From positions 62,001 through 126,000 of the forward strand of contig CATNEN010000026.1 of assembly GCA_950097015.1 (NCBI GenBank): a stretch of DNA of 64,000 nt. The letters are read 5' to 3'. This DNA comes from Macrostomum hystrix. Its lineage: Eukaryota > Animalia > Platyhelminthes. Below are positions 1 to 12,164 of this stretch, piece after piece. Made by a program: the position numbers and the translations under genes. How positions within the stretch are numbered: position 1 is the stretch's first letter; every line of letters begins with the position of its first letter. The notes beneath the pieces were generated by a model, which saw only the letters and a list, made by a program, of their open reading frames with translations, made no database searches and had not been told where the DNA came from.

Positions 1-58
1 GTCTCCCTGACAAAAATATAGTTTTTCTTAGGTTAGTAAAATTTCTATTACTGTTATC

Positions 59-540
59 ATGTTGTACACGAATATAGACAAGCTGGGCACAGTAACAGAC
101 AAGTTGTACACAGTTACAGACAAGCTGTACACAACTAAAGACATGCTGTACACAGTTACAGACAAGCTGTACACAGTTACAGACAAGCTGTACACAGTTA
201 CAGACATGCTGTACACAACTTCAGACATGCTGTACACAGTTACAGACAAGTTGTACACAGTTACAGACAAGCTGTACACAACTTCAGACATGCTGTACAC
301 AGTTACAGACATGCTGTACACAACTTCAGACATGCTGTACACAGTTACAGACAAGCTGTACACAGTTACAGACATGCTGTACACAACTTCAGACATGCTG
401 TACACAGTTACAGACATGCTGTACACAGTTACAGACAAGCTGTACACAGTTACAGACAAGCTGTACACAACTTCAGACATGCTGTACACAGTTACAGACA
501 TGCTGTACACAACTTCAGACATGCTGTACACAGTTACAGA
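59..540. repeat. 21-bp tandem array (GCTGTACACAGTTACAGACAA/T), in an intron or downstream of ZNF830
   Basis: ~23 visible copies with a TGTACA palindromic core. It produces the spurious ORFs 28..552 and 59..691. Confidence 0.95.
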
Positions 541-874
541 TATACAGTACAAATTTACTGTAACGATTTTACCTCTTGATCGGTATTTAAAAATTTCCTA
601 TCAATTAAGAACAAAATTGTACGAAGTTTATCCTATCCGATTCTGGTCCAAAATACAATCCTTAATCCTTAGTATTATCCTCATGGGATAAGTCGCTTGG
701 GTCCGCCGCTACCGTTTACGGTTTGGTTTTAGCCATTGAGTTATTCATTCCTTTAATAATTGAGTAATTATCACCGATGATCCCTGTTGGGTCTTGTGGT
801 AGGCCATTGGGTCTTAGAAGTAGACATTTACATCGCACACCCTTACCAAAATATCAAAATCCCTATGTACTCAC

Positions 875-3858
875 TCCTGGGCTATGATCTCCTCTAAATA
901 GCGGACATTGTCCGCCTCCTCTTCCGCAGCCTCGGCTATTCGATCCGATTCAACCTGGGTGTCGCGCATCTCTTTAGTGAAGAGCTCCAGCTCCTCCTCC
1001 ATCCGGTCTTTGTACGGCACGTGGCGAGCGCGCGCGTCAGCCACTGGATCGTCGAAGAAGCCTTCGGGTAGCTGCTGCTGCTTCTGCTTCTGTAACCAGC
1101 CATAAAGTGCGTACTTTCTAAGGCTTGATTTACAAGTGAGCGACCTTGATGGACCTAAGAAGGGCCTGAACGACTTGACGGGTCGAACCTGAAGGGATCT
1201 GAGTGGTGGAACCTGAAGGGATCTGAGTGGTGGAACCTGAAGGGATCTGAGTGGTGAAGAACCTGAAGGGATCTGAGTGGTGAAGAACCTGAAGGGATCT
1301 GAGTGGTGGAACCTGAAGGGATCTGAGTGGTGGAACCTGAAGGGATCTGAGTGGTGAAGAACCTGAAGGGATCTGAGTGGTGAAGAACCTGAAGGGATCT
1401 GAGTGGTGGAACCTGAAGGGATCTGGGTGGTGGAACCTGAAGGGATCTGAGTGGTGGAACCTGAAGGGATCTGGGTGGTGGAACCTGAAGGGATCTGGGT
1501 GGTGAAGAAACTGAAGGGATCTGAGTGGTGAAGAAACTGAAGGGATCTGAGTGGTGAAGAACCTGAAGGGATCTGGGTGGTGAAGAACCTGAAGGGATCT
1601 GAGTGGTGGAACCTGAAGGGATCTGAGTGGTGGAACCTGAAGGGATCTGAGTGGTGAAGAACCTGAAGGGATCTGAGTGGTGAAGAAACTGAAGGGATCT
1701 GGGTGGTGAAGAAACTGAAGGGATCTGAGTGGTGAAGAACCTGAAGGGATCTGGGTGGTGAAGAAACTGAAGGGATCTGGGTGGTGAAGAACCTGAAGGG
1801 ATCTGGGTGGTGAAGAACCTGAAGGGATCTGGGTGGTGAAGAACCTGAAGGGATCTGAGTGGTGAAGAACCTGAAGGGATCTGGGTGGTGAAGAAACTGA
1901 AGGGATCTGGGTGGTGAAGAACCTGAAGGGATCTGAGTGGTGAAGAACCTGAAGGGATCTGAGTGGTGAAGAACCTGAAGGGATCTGAGTGGTGAAAAAC
2001 CTGAAGGGATCTGAGTGGTGAAGAACCTGAAGGGATCTGAGTGGTGAAGAACCTGAAGGGATCTGAGTGGTGGAACCTGAAGGGATCTGAGTGGTGAAGA
2101 ACCTGAAGGGATCTGAGTGGTGAAGAACCTGAAGGGATCTGAGTGGTGAAGAACCTGAAGGGATCTGAGTGGTGGAACCTGAAGGGATCTGAGAGGTGAA
2201 GAACCTGAAGTTATCTGAGTGGTGAAGAACCTGAAGGGATCTGAGTGGTGAAGAACTTGAAGGGATCTGAGTGGTGAAGAACCTGAAGGGATCTGGGTGG
2301 TGAAGAAACAGAAGGGATCTGAGTGGTGAAGAACCTGAAGGGATCTGGGTGGTGAAGAAACTGAAGGGATCTGAGTGGTGAAGAACCTGAAGGGATCTGA
2401 GTGGTGAAGAACCTGAAGGGATCTGAGTGGTGAAGAAACTGAAGGGATCTGAGTGGTGAAGAACCTGAAGGGATCTGGGTGGTGAAGAACCTGAAGGGAT
2501 CTGAGTTGTGGAACCTAAAGGATTAAAGCCAAAAAGACATGATAGTTTGAACCTGAAGCACCTGAGGGTATTAACATGAAGGATCTGAGGGGTCGAAGCT
2601 GAACTAAAATGATTGACAATTGACAAAAAACTTCAGGGGTTAGACCAGGACTTTGGTGGACTGACGGAACCCTACACAGTAGAACTTTGTTAATAACTTA
2701 GTATTTATAATTGATACTGATTTATGCGCTACAATGCCAATAATTCAGACCTTAGAGTCCTGCTGCATTTGCAGCGCCTGAGGCCGCCTGCTGCCAGCCA
2801 ACGCTGGCGCTGGCGCCGATTGACGGGGCTTCTTGGCGGCAATTTCATCCACGCCATCGGCTTCCTCTTCATCATCGGAGTAGGTCAGACCAAGGCCAGA
2901 TTTTTGACGTCTCTCATTTGCGGCAGCTTCTAGTAGGCGACGCTTGACCCCGGCGCCGGACAGAATGTCAACGGCTCGATCGCCGCCCTTCGAGCGAAGC
3001 GCCTCAGCATTGGCCCGATGAATACGGGAAATTAAGTGGGCCCGCCAGAGTAGGCTGGACTTCACTGGACAGCCGCACAGAATGCAGGTCAGCTGGTTTA
3101 GCGAGTTGTATCTGGGGCGGCGGATGGAAGACGATTAAGCAGAATGATGCTGGGTAGACTCACGTGCGTGCATGATCTATAAAAGGTACGCTCGTTTAGC
3201 AGAAGATCTAGATACTTACGTAGATAAAGATGATCGAGAGAAATTGCAGCTAGATTGGTAGATGATCCAGATATTGAGTCGATTGGTTGATGATCCAGAT
3301 ATTGAGTCGATTGGTAGATGATCTAGATTTTGAGTCGATTGGTAGATTATCCAGATATTGAGTCGATTGGTAGATTATCCAGATATTGAGTCGATTGGTA
3401 GATTATCCAGATATTGAGTCGATTGGTAGATGATCCAGATTTTGAGTCGATTGGTAGATGATCCAGATATTGAGTCGATTGGTAGATGATCCAGATATTG
3501 AGTCGATTGGTAGATTATCCAGATATTGAGTCGATTAGTACTGATAGATAATTAGATAATTAGACAGGCCAGAGAGTGTCATTGTTTCTCATTTTAGGTC
3601 ATTTCATTTTAAGCTCAAGCAGCATATTGACTACCTAGCAAATGGGTGGCCTTTGACATAATCATTATCATCCCGGGAGCCATGCTCAGTCTGAGAACTG
3701 CTAGTGCTACTGGCTGCTATGTCTGATAATGCTGATCCTGTCACTGTGGCACCATCAGCACTAGTCGGTGGCTTCTTTGACTGCATCTTGGCAGCTGTTA
3801 GTCGCATCATACGACGAATTTCCTCTTTACTTTTGTTGTCAGGTTTGCCAGAGTCCAT
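875..3858 (-). CDS. ZNF830: Zinc finger protein 830 (CCDC16)-like spliceosome-associated protein. Exons 3858-3635, 3111-2751, 1089-875; the 3' end is unresolved.
   Basis: Phase-compatible GT-AG junctions join HPFAR/YNSLNQLTCILCGCPVKSSLLWRAHLISRIH (C2H2-type finger) to LPEGFFDDPVADARAR...MEEELELFTKEM. Both are hallmark ZNF830 motifs as I recall them. Confidence 0.88.
1185..2520. repeat. 24/26-bp tandem array (ACCTGAAGGGATCTGAGTGGTG[GA/AAGA]) in ZNF830 intron 2
   Basis: ~50 copies with two interleaved length variants. It produces the spurious ORF 1130..2626. Confidence 0.95.
3250..3540. repeat. 28-bp tandem array (GAGTCGATTGGTAGATGATCCAGATATT) in ZNF830 intron 1
   Basis: ~10 copies; period 28 measured at 3360 and 3388. 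Confidence 0.93.
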
Positions 3859-5914
3859 CTTTAAAGGCTGTAAATAAACATTTGTTTATGCAAAAATGCT
3901 ATATTTTTCATCAAAACTGGTTAACATTTGTATAAAACAATTGTACTAAACTTTTTTAATTACTATGTGCATCAAGACCTAATTTATTTAAGAGTCGCAA
4001 AAAAATAAGCAAAAAGATAACTAAAGGGACAGGCTATCTTATAACAAATTATGTTCTTGTACATAAATTTTAATCAATTTGAATGTATTTTTTCATTTTA
4101 TACTAATTTATATGTATTTAAAACATAAGTTTTATAAGTATGCTAGCTAAGATATAATAGTTTAGCTGTATTTTTTATATTAGAACAAGGAAAGTAATTA
4201 AACAATTAAACAATTAAGCAAGCTGGTTGCTATGTCAAACTCCTGACTGACAAAAATTTTTATGAATATGAGGACTGAGGAATATGTTTGATGACTGATG
4301 ACTAATCAGAATAAAGATTAAAAATAGACAAATAGATAGGTGCCAATTGCCACCCAGATTTTTTACCCAAGTGACAAATGGCACCATAATTTTTATTTAA
4401 AAAACTCTAGCTTAGGCATAAAAGCAATGAACACCTTTAAATATCTAGGCCTACACAAATTCTTAGTTGTAAAACTCTAAGCCATTTAACTGTGTTACCA
4501 ATGCAACCAATCCAAGATTCCAAGGCCATCGATCCTAAAGTCAACAGTAGAGCCCTATTGATGACAAAGAAAAGTTTTCTTCCTTTCTTGCTCACATTGA
4601 CAATCAATTGAGATTATACATTAGCATAGGCCTATTATTCTTTCAGTCAGATACAGTTTAGATCAGAACATTAGTTGCCTCGCCTGCCTCTTTAGGTAGG
4701 CCTAGGTACAACATTTAGGCCCCTACATCTTACCAAGCATGGTTAGCAAATCAGTGTGCAAACAATGACTAACCAGTTAACAATTTGTAAGCACAAAACG
4801 GTATTCTTTTCGAATCGTTCGTTAACTGTTTCATTTCAAACCGATGCGATGACTTGTATTTCATTTTGAAACAATCGGAAACAATTATATGATGAGCATC
4901 AAATGTCGTGTCACAAAACACAACTCCTTGCTTACAGGCATAATAATAATAGGCCTACCAATAATTGCTTTGTATAAAACGCGATGCTTGTTTTGGACAA
5001 TAATTGACGAGTGCATATGAGAGTTTAAATAGGCCGAACAGCCCGACGGCTGCACGTCGGTCTTCCTGAGCGTCGGTGGCATCAGCGGCAGCGGGCTTCG
5101 AGCTGTTCAATGGCTCACTGCCTAGCTACTCTAAGTATTGTTTAACCATTGAGCGTAACAATGTTAAGAAGAAGTTTAAGTAGAAATAGAAGTTGTTTGG
5201 GATTGAGCGTAGGCTGCGTAGCTCAGAAAAACTAACAATCCTGACTGATTTGAATAGGCACGAGATTATCGTGTAAAAACGACGTTAATACGAGTATAAG
5301 AATAGCTCGTATGGTAAATCGGTTAAATTTGCGATTAGCATGCCTAGTGAGCTTGACTGTGCTGACGCTAAACTTAACATTTGCATTTGATGGACAAAAT
5401 GGCCTTCAAAATAGAAGATAACGAATGAAAGAGAAAACGTGTAATTGGTTATTTAAGCAGTAGATTTCTAAAATACTAATTTTGCGCTGTATTCGTGCGT
5501 GCGTGTAATTGATTTTTTCGAGAATGCCTGGACACAATTTTTTCATTCATGCTTGGTTTGAATCAGAAATTTTTCGGGATCGCTGCACATCTTTTTAATT
5601 TGCTTATCTTGCAAGGGAAGTTGGTCTTAAAGCCAAAAGACTGCCTTTTTAGTGCTTCAGATAGGCCAGGACATTGTGGGTCATTTGCTTGACTGCTGCT
5701 TTTGTTCCATTGTATGAGATTGCGTCGTTGGGATCAGAGCCAGTTTTGTCAACGTGCATACCACTGCGGATTTTAATGATTGCATCAGGGCCAGTTTTGT
5801 TAAAAGTGAGCACACTGATAAGAATTCCACTGTGTCAAATGTACATAGCTGTGTCAACCCCACTGGCGAGACAGTCAGTGCGAATTTATAAATAGATTAC
5901 ATCACAGCTTTTCT

Positions 5915-5945
<31 letters not shown>

Positions 5946-6082
5946 TTGATTTGAATAGGTAAAATGTGCATAGAGGACTTCAATTCAACTATATATAGCC
6001 AAATTCAAGCGAGACATCTACTCCTTTCTTACTACAATATATATAAATCATCAAACCTTGTCTCAATTTAAATAGAGGAAAG

Positions 6083-7526
6083 TGTAATAAAATGAATGTC
6101 CTAGCTGGAGCGTGAGGAATTTAAAGCTAGCGACTATTCACTATTCACCGGGGTAGGTGTCCTACTACCAATGGTTTCAATAGCAGCAGGGAATCTGGAA
6201 TTAAATAGCGTTAGAGACTGCGGTAGCGAGCGAAGCGGAATAGATAAGCGATGGGACTCCGCGTGTTCCTCCGGCCCGGCGAACTCCCAATGCAAAAGAA
6301 TAACACAGTATGAACGCGAAGACTCGAATAAATTGATTGTGAGTGATTTAATCTGTTGTGACTCGCTAAGATTCCAGATAAGAGCAGGAATTGATTTAAA
6401 TCTCGTTTACTTGATTTAAAAGTTCCATTGACAGAATAAGGATGTTCACACGGAAATAAATTATAGCGCGCTCACAGTGAAAAGCAAGTTTGGTCTGACA
6501 ATTTGGATATAACAATTTTACTTAAACTGGCCTAATCCGCGCCCTACTCTTCCCGAGAGGCTCCGGTTGTCTCTGCTTTCAGCGCTGCCCCGACAGATCC
6601 TATCGGTTGGCACTCCTTCTGTCTGACGGCGGAGTCTCCGAAGAGAGCACGTACTGACTTCGACAACAAGCGCCTATCTAGACCACCCTTGTCAGCGGCG
6701 CACTCTCAAGACGCGTAGCGCCGAAAGCTACCTAACTGAACAAGCGGAGCGTGGTCGGGCAGGGAGAGACAAAACAAAGTGGACTGGTTTGCACGTGCTT
6801 CTCACAGTGTGAGGCGAATTGCGGAGAACGATAAAAGTCACTGCAAAAACACGCTTCCTTTTATAGAGTCATTTTAACCCCAAATTAGGTCGATCGGCGA
6901 GGTGGATGCCTGGCTGTAGCTTGAGCCAAGGCGACAAATCACAGTAGACTTGCGACCGCCGTTCTGAGCCCCGGGATCGCTTCTTGCCGAGGGTAGACAG
7001 GTAGTGAGGCCAGGTCGCTCGCTGATTGGCCGGGACTGTAGCCCAGGGGTAGCGCTTGCGGGGTGGTGGGCGTCCGTTAGATTAGGCCAGTTTAAGTAAA
7101 AATTGTTATATTCAAATTGTTAGACCAGACTTGCTTCTCACTGTGAGCGCGCTATAATTTATTTCCCTGTGAACATCTATTCTGTCAGTATAACTTTTAA
7201 GTCAAGTAAACGATATTCAAATTAATTCCTATTCGTATCTGGAATCTTAGTCACACCCGATTGACTCACTCCTAATAAAATTATTCGAGTCTTCGCGTTC
7301 ATACTGTGTTATTCTTTTTCATTGGGAGTTTCGCCGGGGCGGAGGAACACTCGGGTCTCATCGCTTATCTATTCCGCTTCGCTCGCTACCGCAGTCTCTA
7401 ACGCTATTTAATTCCAGATTCCCTGCTGCTATTGAAACCATTGGTAGGACACCGACCCCGGTGAATAGTGAATAGTCGCTAGCTTTAAATTCCTCACGCT
7501 CCAGCTAGGACATTCATTTTATTACA
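6083..7526. mobile_element. Non-autonomous foldback element with ~455-bp terminal inverted arms (6083-6537 and 7080-7526) and TGT...ACA termini
   Basis: The left arm (TGTAATAAAATGAATGTCCTAGC...CTGGCCTAATC) is the reverse complement of the right arm. The ~540-bp spacer has no coding capacity and no target-site duplication is visible. Confidence 0.85.
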
Positions 7527-8070
7527 GCTACATAATGTGTAATATTAACTAAAATACCATCAGCAATCCAAAAACACATTTCTTTATAATTATATAATAT
7601 TTGCGAAGTTTTACATTAGCAGAAATCTTCATTGGTCAGCTGTCTTGGAAATCTTGGTAAGATGAATGGTATATAATATAGCAGTGCTGCTAAACAAGAT
7701 TCAAAAGCACTGTTATCGCTAATAAAGCAGGTTTATATATGAGAAAATTAGGACTTTCTAATAATTAACTATCATTTTGTAGAAATTTATGTTGTCGGCG
7801 AGCTTTTAATAATATGGATTCTGTGCAGTAATTAAACGAGTCAGGATTGAGCATTTGTTATTATCAGGCTAAAAGCAGATTTTCTTTTGAAAGGCGCATG
7901 CGTTTCATCCATGCATGAGCGTTAATAGTTGAAAGAAAGTGCTTTGGTTACAAAACACAATTATGGCTGCTAGAGCTTAGCGGTTAGATTTAGGCATAGC
8001 AAAACATGAGTGATTCGTCAGTATTTTAATTGATCAAGAATCTTGACCAATACTGTGGTTCTTCAGAGCA

Positions 8071-8939
8071 TCACAGGCCCTTGGCATCAAGAGCAGTCTT
8101 CACCTGATGGTAGACGTTGTCTACGGAGCCAGAGGCATCCACCTAGATAATTAAATTTAGTTTTTAGAGAAAATAATAACTTAATTGCCACCACATGTGA
8201 AAATATTTGACGAGTTGTAACAACGTCCTAACCTGGACAACCTTGCCCTGCTTCCTATAGTGCTCAATGACGGGCTTAGTGAGCTGCTGGAAGGTGTGAA
8301 ATCGCTTCTTAATCGTCTCCGCGTTGTCGTCAACCCGGCCGCTGGTCTCGCCGCGCTTCAACAGTCGCTGCTGCATGACCTCCTCGGAGACGTCGAAGAA
8401 CAGCACAAATTGGCAGGGCGCCACTTCGTTCTCAAAGCGAACGCCCTGGTCCAGCTCGCGCGGAAAGCCGTCAACCAGAAAGCCGCGGCTGTGGGAATTC
8501 TTGGTCATTGCGTCGCGAATCAACTCTAGAACTATGTCCAACGATACCAGCTCGCCACGCTCCATGATATCCTTAAGTCGCTGGCCGCGGCTGGAGCCCG
8601 ACTCCACCTCGGCTCGCAGCAGGTCGCCGGAGGACAGGTGGGTCAGGCCGTAGGCCTCAACAATACGCTCGCACTGCGTGCCCTTGCCGCTGCCGGGACC
8701 GCCTATAGACGTTCGGGTTTCGCGGCGACGTCTCTAGACTTCTGGCTCCCATAACTTTAGACCTCATTCTCAATCATTCGCGGCCTCATTCTCAATCATT
8801 CGTGACCTCATTCTCAATCATTCGTGACCTCATTCTCAATAACTTTATCATAAGACTGTAAATGAGCTAGTATCTATCTTAGGTAATTCCAATAACTCAC
8901 CAAGCACGAAGATCACCTTGGCATTCTTCAGGGTACTAG
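8071..8939 (-). CDS. AK1: Adenylate kinase 1-like. Exons 8939-8901, 8702-8233, 8142-8071; the ATG-containing exon was not located.
   Basis: The spliced protein has [16 protein letters not shown] (P-loop), [10 protein letters not shown] and [23 protein letters not shown] (short LID), and ends [23 protein letters not shown]. All junctions are GT-AG and phase-consistent. Confidence 0.93.
8757..8842. repeat. 22-bp tandem repeat (GACCTCATTCTCAATCATTCGT) in an AK1 intron
   Basis: ~4 copies. Confidence 0.85.
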
Positions 8940-9019
8940 CTGCAAAAAATTAATAAACTTTTTGTATTCACAAACGGAATTCATAACTTTATAACGTGAG
9001 CACTCTATAAAAAACTCAC

Positions 9020-9037
9020 CAGAAGCCGGATGAGAAT
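9020..9037 (-). CDS. Candidate 18-nt symmetric microexon of AK1 (xSHPAS)
   Basis: The minus strand reads TTTTAAAG/ATTCTCATCCGGCTTCTG/GTGAGT. It is phase 1-1 and compatible with the phase-1 acceptor at 8939. Confidence 0.5.
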
Positions 9038-11195
9038 CTTTAAAATTTTTGTACATGATTCCAAATTATAAAGTGATGGAGAATTAAAAAAGGAACTTCT
9101 TTAGCTGTTATGATATTGGCAATTATAGAAAACTGGTTTTCAGCCCCTTTTAATAATTATTCTCTCCGAATGTTAGTCGAAAATAAGTTTCCTTTAACCT
9201 TTAGAATAGAAGACTAATTGTACGCGAGCCGCTGTTCTAAAGGTGTACAGCGCAACCCGTTGTAGAGTGAGTTAGAGAGAGGTTGGGATTGTTGTACAGC
9301 CGTTGCCAATAGCAACGGTCCATAGTGAGACGCATTCAATTGGCTTTTCATTAGTGCGTTATGCAGAACCCTGCGGGACGAAATAAGGGACAGAGAGACG
9401 CAGGTAAGAATGACAAGAAGGCATGTCATTAAGAGCAGCTCTCTGTAACAGCAATTAAGCGTCTCTCGCCTTTCTAGTCTTCGCTTTATCAGTACCAACA
9501 TCGTTTGCGCTTGCAGCTGTCTTGTTCAAAGAAGAAATCTAGCTTGTACATTTACCAAAGCGTCTGTTGGAAATTTGTCCAGAAGAATGCAGCTAAATGA
9601 ATCTAGCAAGATTTCAGCTGCTTAATTTGTCCATAAAGAACGCTTACCGCTCGATTTAAGTGCGTAAAAATTCTCAAAAATATGAAACGAAACTGTTAGG
9701 TGCAAAGTAAGAATTTCCAAGAATTCAAAAAAGCGAACATAATGTAGCCACTCAATTTGCTGATGTTTCTTAGAAACTATACTATAGAAAAGAACCATAA
9801 TATAAGAAAAATGAAATTTTCACTTAGCTGGAAATTGATTATATCCGGCTCCGAGTTATCTGTATTTCGATCTGTCTTTGATCGCTGATTGGCTGGCTCA
9901 GCTAAGCTACATATGCCTACATACCCTATCAGTCCAGTGAGGCTTAGCCCAACCACTTCCAAACAGGCGCTGATTGGCTAGAGTAGCCTCACTTTTCATT
10001 TCCGTCCCCTCCAGCGTGGATCGAATCGTTCGCATTGCCTGAGCCAGGAATGTTCATTAGAGCCAATAGGAACTATGTACATTGCGGCTCCATAAATATG
10101 TTAGATAACACCCACCCCACGTCCCCACATTGCTTTCAAAAATGTAATGCAGATTTCTTATTACAACTATTATCAGCCTCTAAATTAATTTATTAAGAAG
10201 TGATGACCAAAGAAAGAAAATAAAAATGCTGCTTCAAGCTTCCGTGAGTGTAATTAATTCGTGTAAAAGCCAAAAACTGAACCGTGTTCTCTATTGATCT
10301 TCCAGTTAGTTAGACAAAAAAAGGTTAAACTAAGTTCTGTTACTGATTTCGAATTACAATTATAAAATAGAAAATTTCATGCAGCACATGCACTACAATA
10401 TATATGGTCAGTGAGCAGGAGCTGTCACACTAAATCTGCTCAAGTATAAATTAAAGCGTAAAATATTAAGTAAATTTTCAACAAGGCACGGTCAGTTTGG
10501 TTAGTTCAAACGTTAAAAAAACTGGGAAGCTATAGCAGCAGCTGTTATTAATAAAATAAATTTCCGCGGAATAAAAAAAGCGACACCAAGATCGTGGAGA
10601 TGTAGAGAAAAACGTGCGCCGTTTTGTTTTTTAAAACAATATGTTCAATTAAAACAACCTTGTGATCATTTCCTCTGCTTATAGAAGAGAAAAAATAGAA
10701 TTATAACAGACCCGCAGACAAATTCGAAATGCTTACTTTCAAAGTCGAGAAAAAATCCAGTACATTATTAGAGAGATTTCTTCTAGGATAAAAAGCAAAC
10801 ACAAGTCCATTTGTAAGTAGTAAAGCAAATATTTAATGCAAAAATTTCAGTAACATACTTCATGAAACTCCCAAAAGTAGAGGATAAAGCTACAAGATGT
10901 ATAGAATCCATTGTGCCACCATGTGATGTAATGAGTTCTTTGTAATGAGCACCCGGCCTGTGCAAGTTTTTTAGTCAGCAATTTTTAGACGAAAAGCCAA
11001 GCACTGCTACAATTTACGATCATTTCTTAGGGCCGTACACATTGACTCTAATCGATAGAGCAGAAAAAAACTATTTCGAGGCTAAAAAACCAAAAGCAAG
11101 AAACGATTATCACAAAACTGCTTAGCACGCAATATAAGAACAACACTGAAACATTGTTTTGATAAGTAAATACAAAACATTCAAAAAATTAATAC

Positions 11196-12142
11196 CGCCT
11201 TAGGATCGAGTTTGAGTATCTATAAGGACGAGTCTGAGTACCTACGAGCATTGGGATCGAGTTTGAGTATCTATAGGGATCGAGTTTGAGAATCTATAGG
11301 GATCGAGTTTGAGAATCTATAGGGATCGAGTTTGAGAATCTATAGGGATCGAGTTTGAGTATCTATAGGGATCGAGTTTGAGAATCTATAGGGATCGAGT
11401 TTGAGTATCTATAGGGATCGAGTTTGAGAATCTACAGGGATCGAGTTTGAGAATCTATAGGGATCGAGTTTGAGAATCTATAGGGATCGAGTTTGAGAAT
11501 CTATAGGGATCGAGTTTGAGAATCTATAGGGATCGAGTTTGAGAATCTATAGGGATCGAGTTTGAGAATCTATAGGGATCGAGTTTGAGAATCTATAGGG
11601 ATCGAGTTTGAGAATCTATAGGGATCGAGTTTGAGAATCTATAGGGATCGAGTTTGAGAATCTATAGGGATCGAGTTTGAGAATCTATAGGGATCGAGTT
11701 TGAGAATCTATAGGGATCGAGTTTGAGAATCTATAGGGATCGAGTTTGAGAATCTATAGGGATCGAGTTTGAGAATCTATAGGGATCGAGTTTGAGAATC
11801 TATAGGGATCGAGTTTGAGTATCTATAGGGATCGAGTTTGAGAATCTATAGGGATCGAGTTTGAGAATCTATAGGGATCGAGTTTAAGTATCTATAGGGA
11901 TCGAGTTTGAGAATCTATAGGGATCGAGTTTGAGAATCTACAGGGATCGAGTTTGAGAATCTATAGGGATCGAGTTTGAGAATCTATAGGGATCGAGTTT
12001 GAGAATCTACAGGGATCGAGTTTGAGAATCTATAGGGATCGAGTTTGTGAATCTATAGGGATCGAGTTTGAGAATCTATAGGGATCGAGTTTGAGTATCC
12101 ATAGGGATCGAGTTTGAGTATCTATTGGGATCGAGTTTGAGT
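11196..12142. repeat. 23-bp tandem array (CTATAGGGATCGAGTTTGAGAAT) directly after the EPS8 stop codon
   Basis: ~40 near-identical copies; period 23. Confidence 0.95.
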
Positions 12143-12164
12143 ATAGTAGTTTGAGCTGAGCACT

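Noticed and set aside
28-2626. ORFs 28..552, 59..691 and 1130..2626
   Set aside because: Tandem-repeat translations within or next to ZNF830 introns.
9214-9501. 95-aa minus-strand ORF upstream of AK1
   Set aside because: No recognisable motifs and no phase-compatible link to AK1 exons. It is possibly decayed TE sequence, but I cannot support that.
11196-12142. Regular arrays as possible CRISPR loci
   Set aside because: The units are head-to-tail with no unique spacers, there are no cas genes, and the context is eukaryotic.
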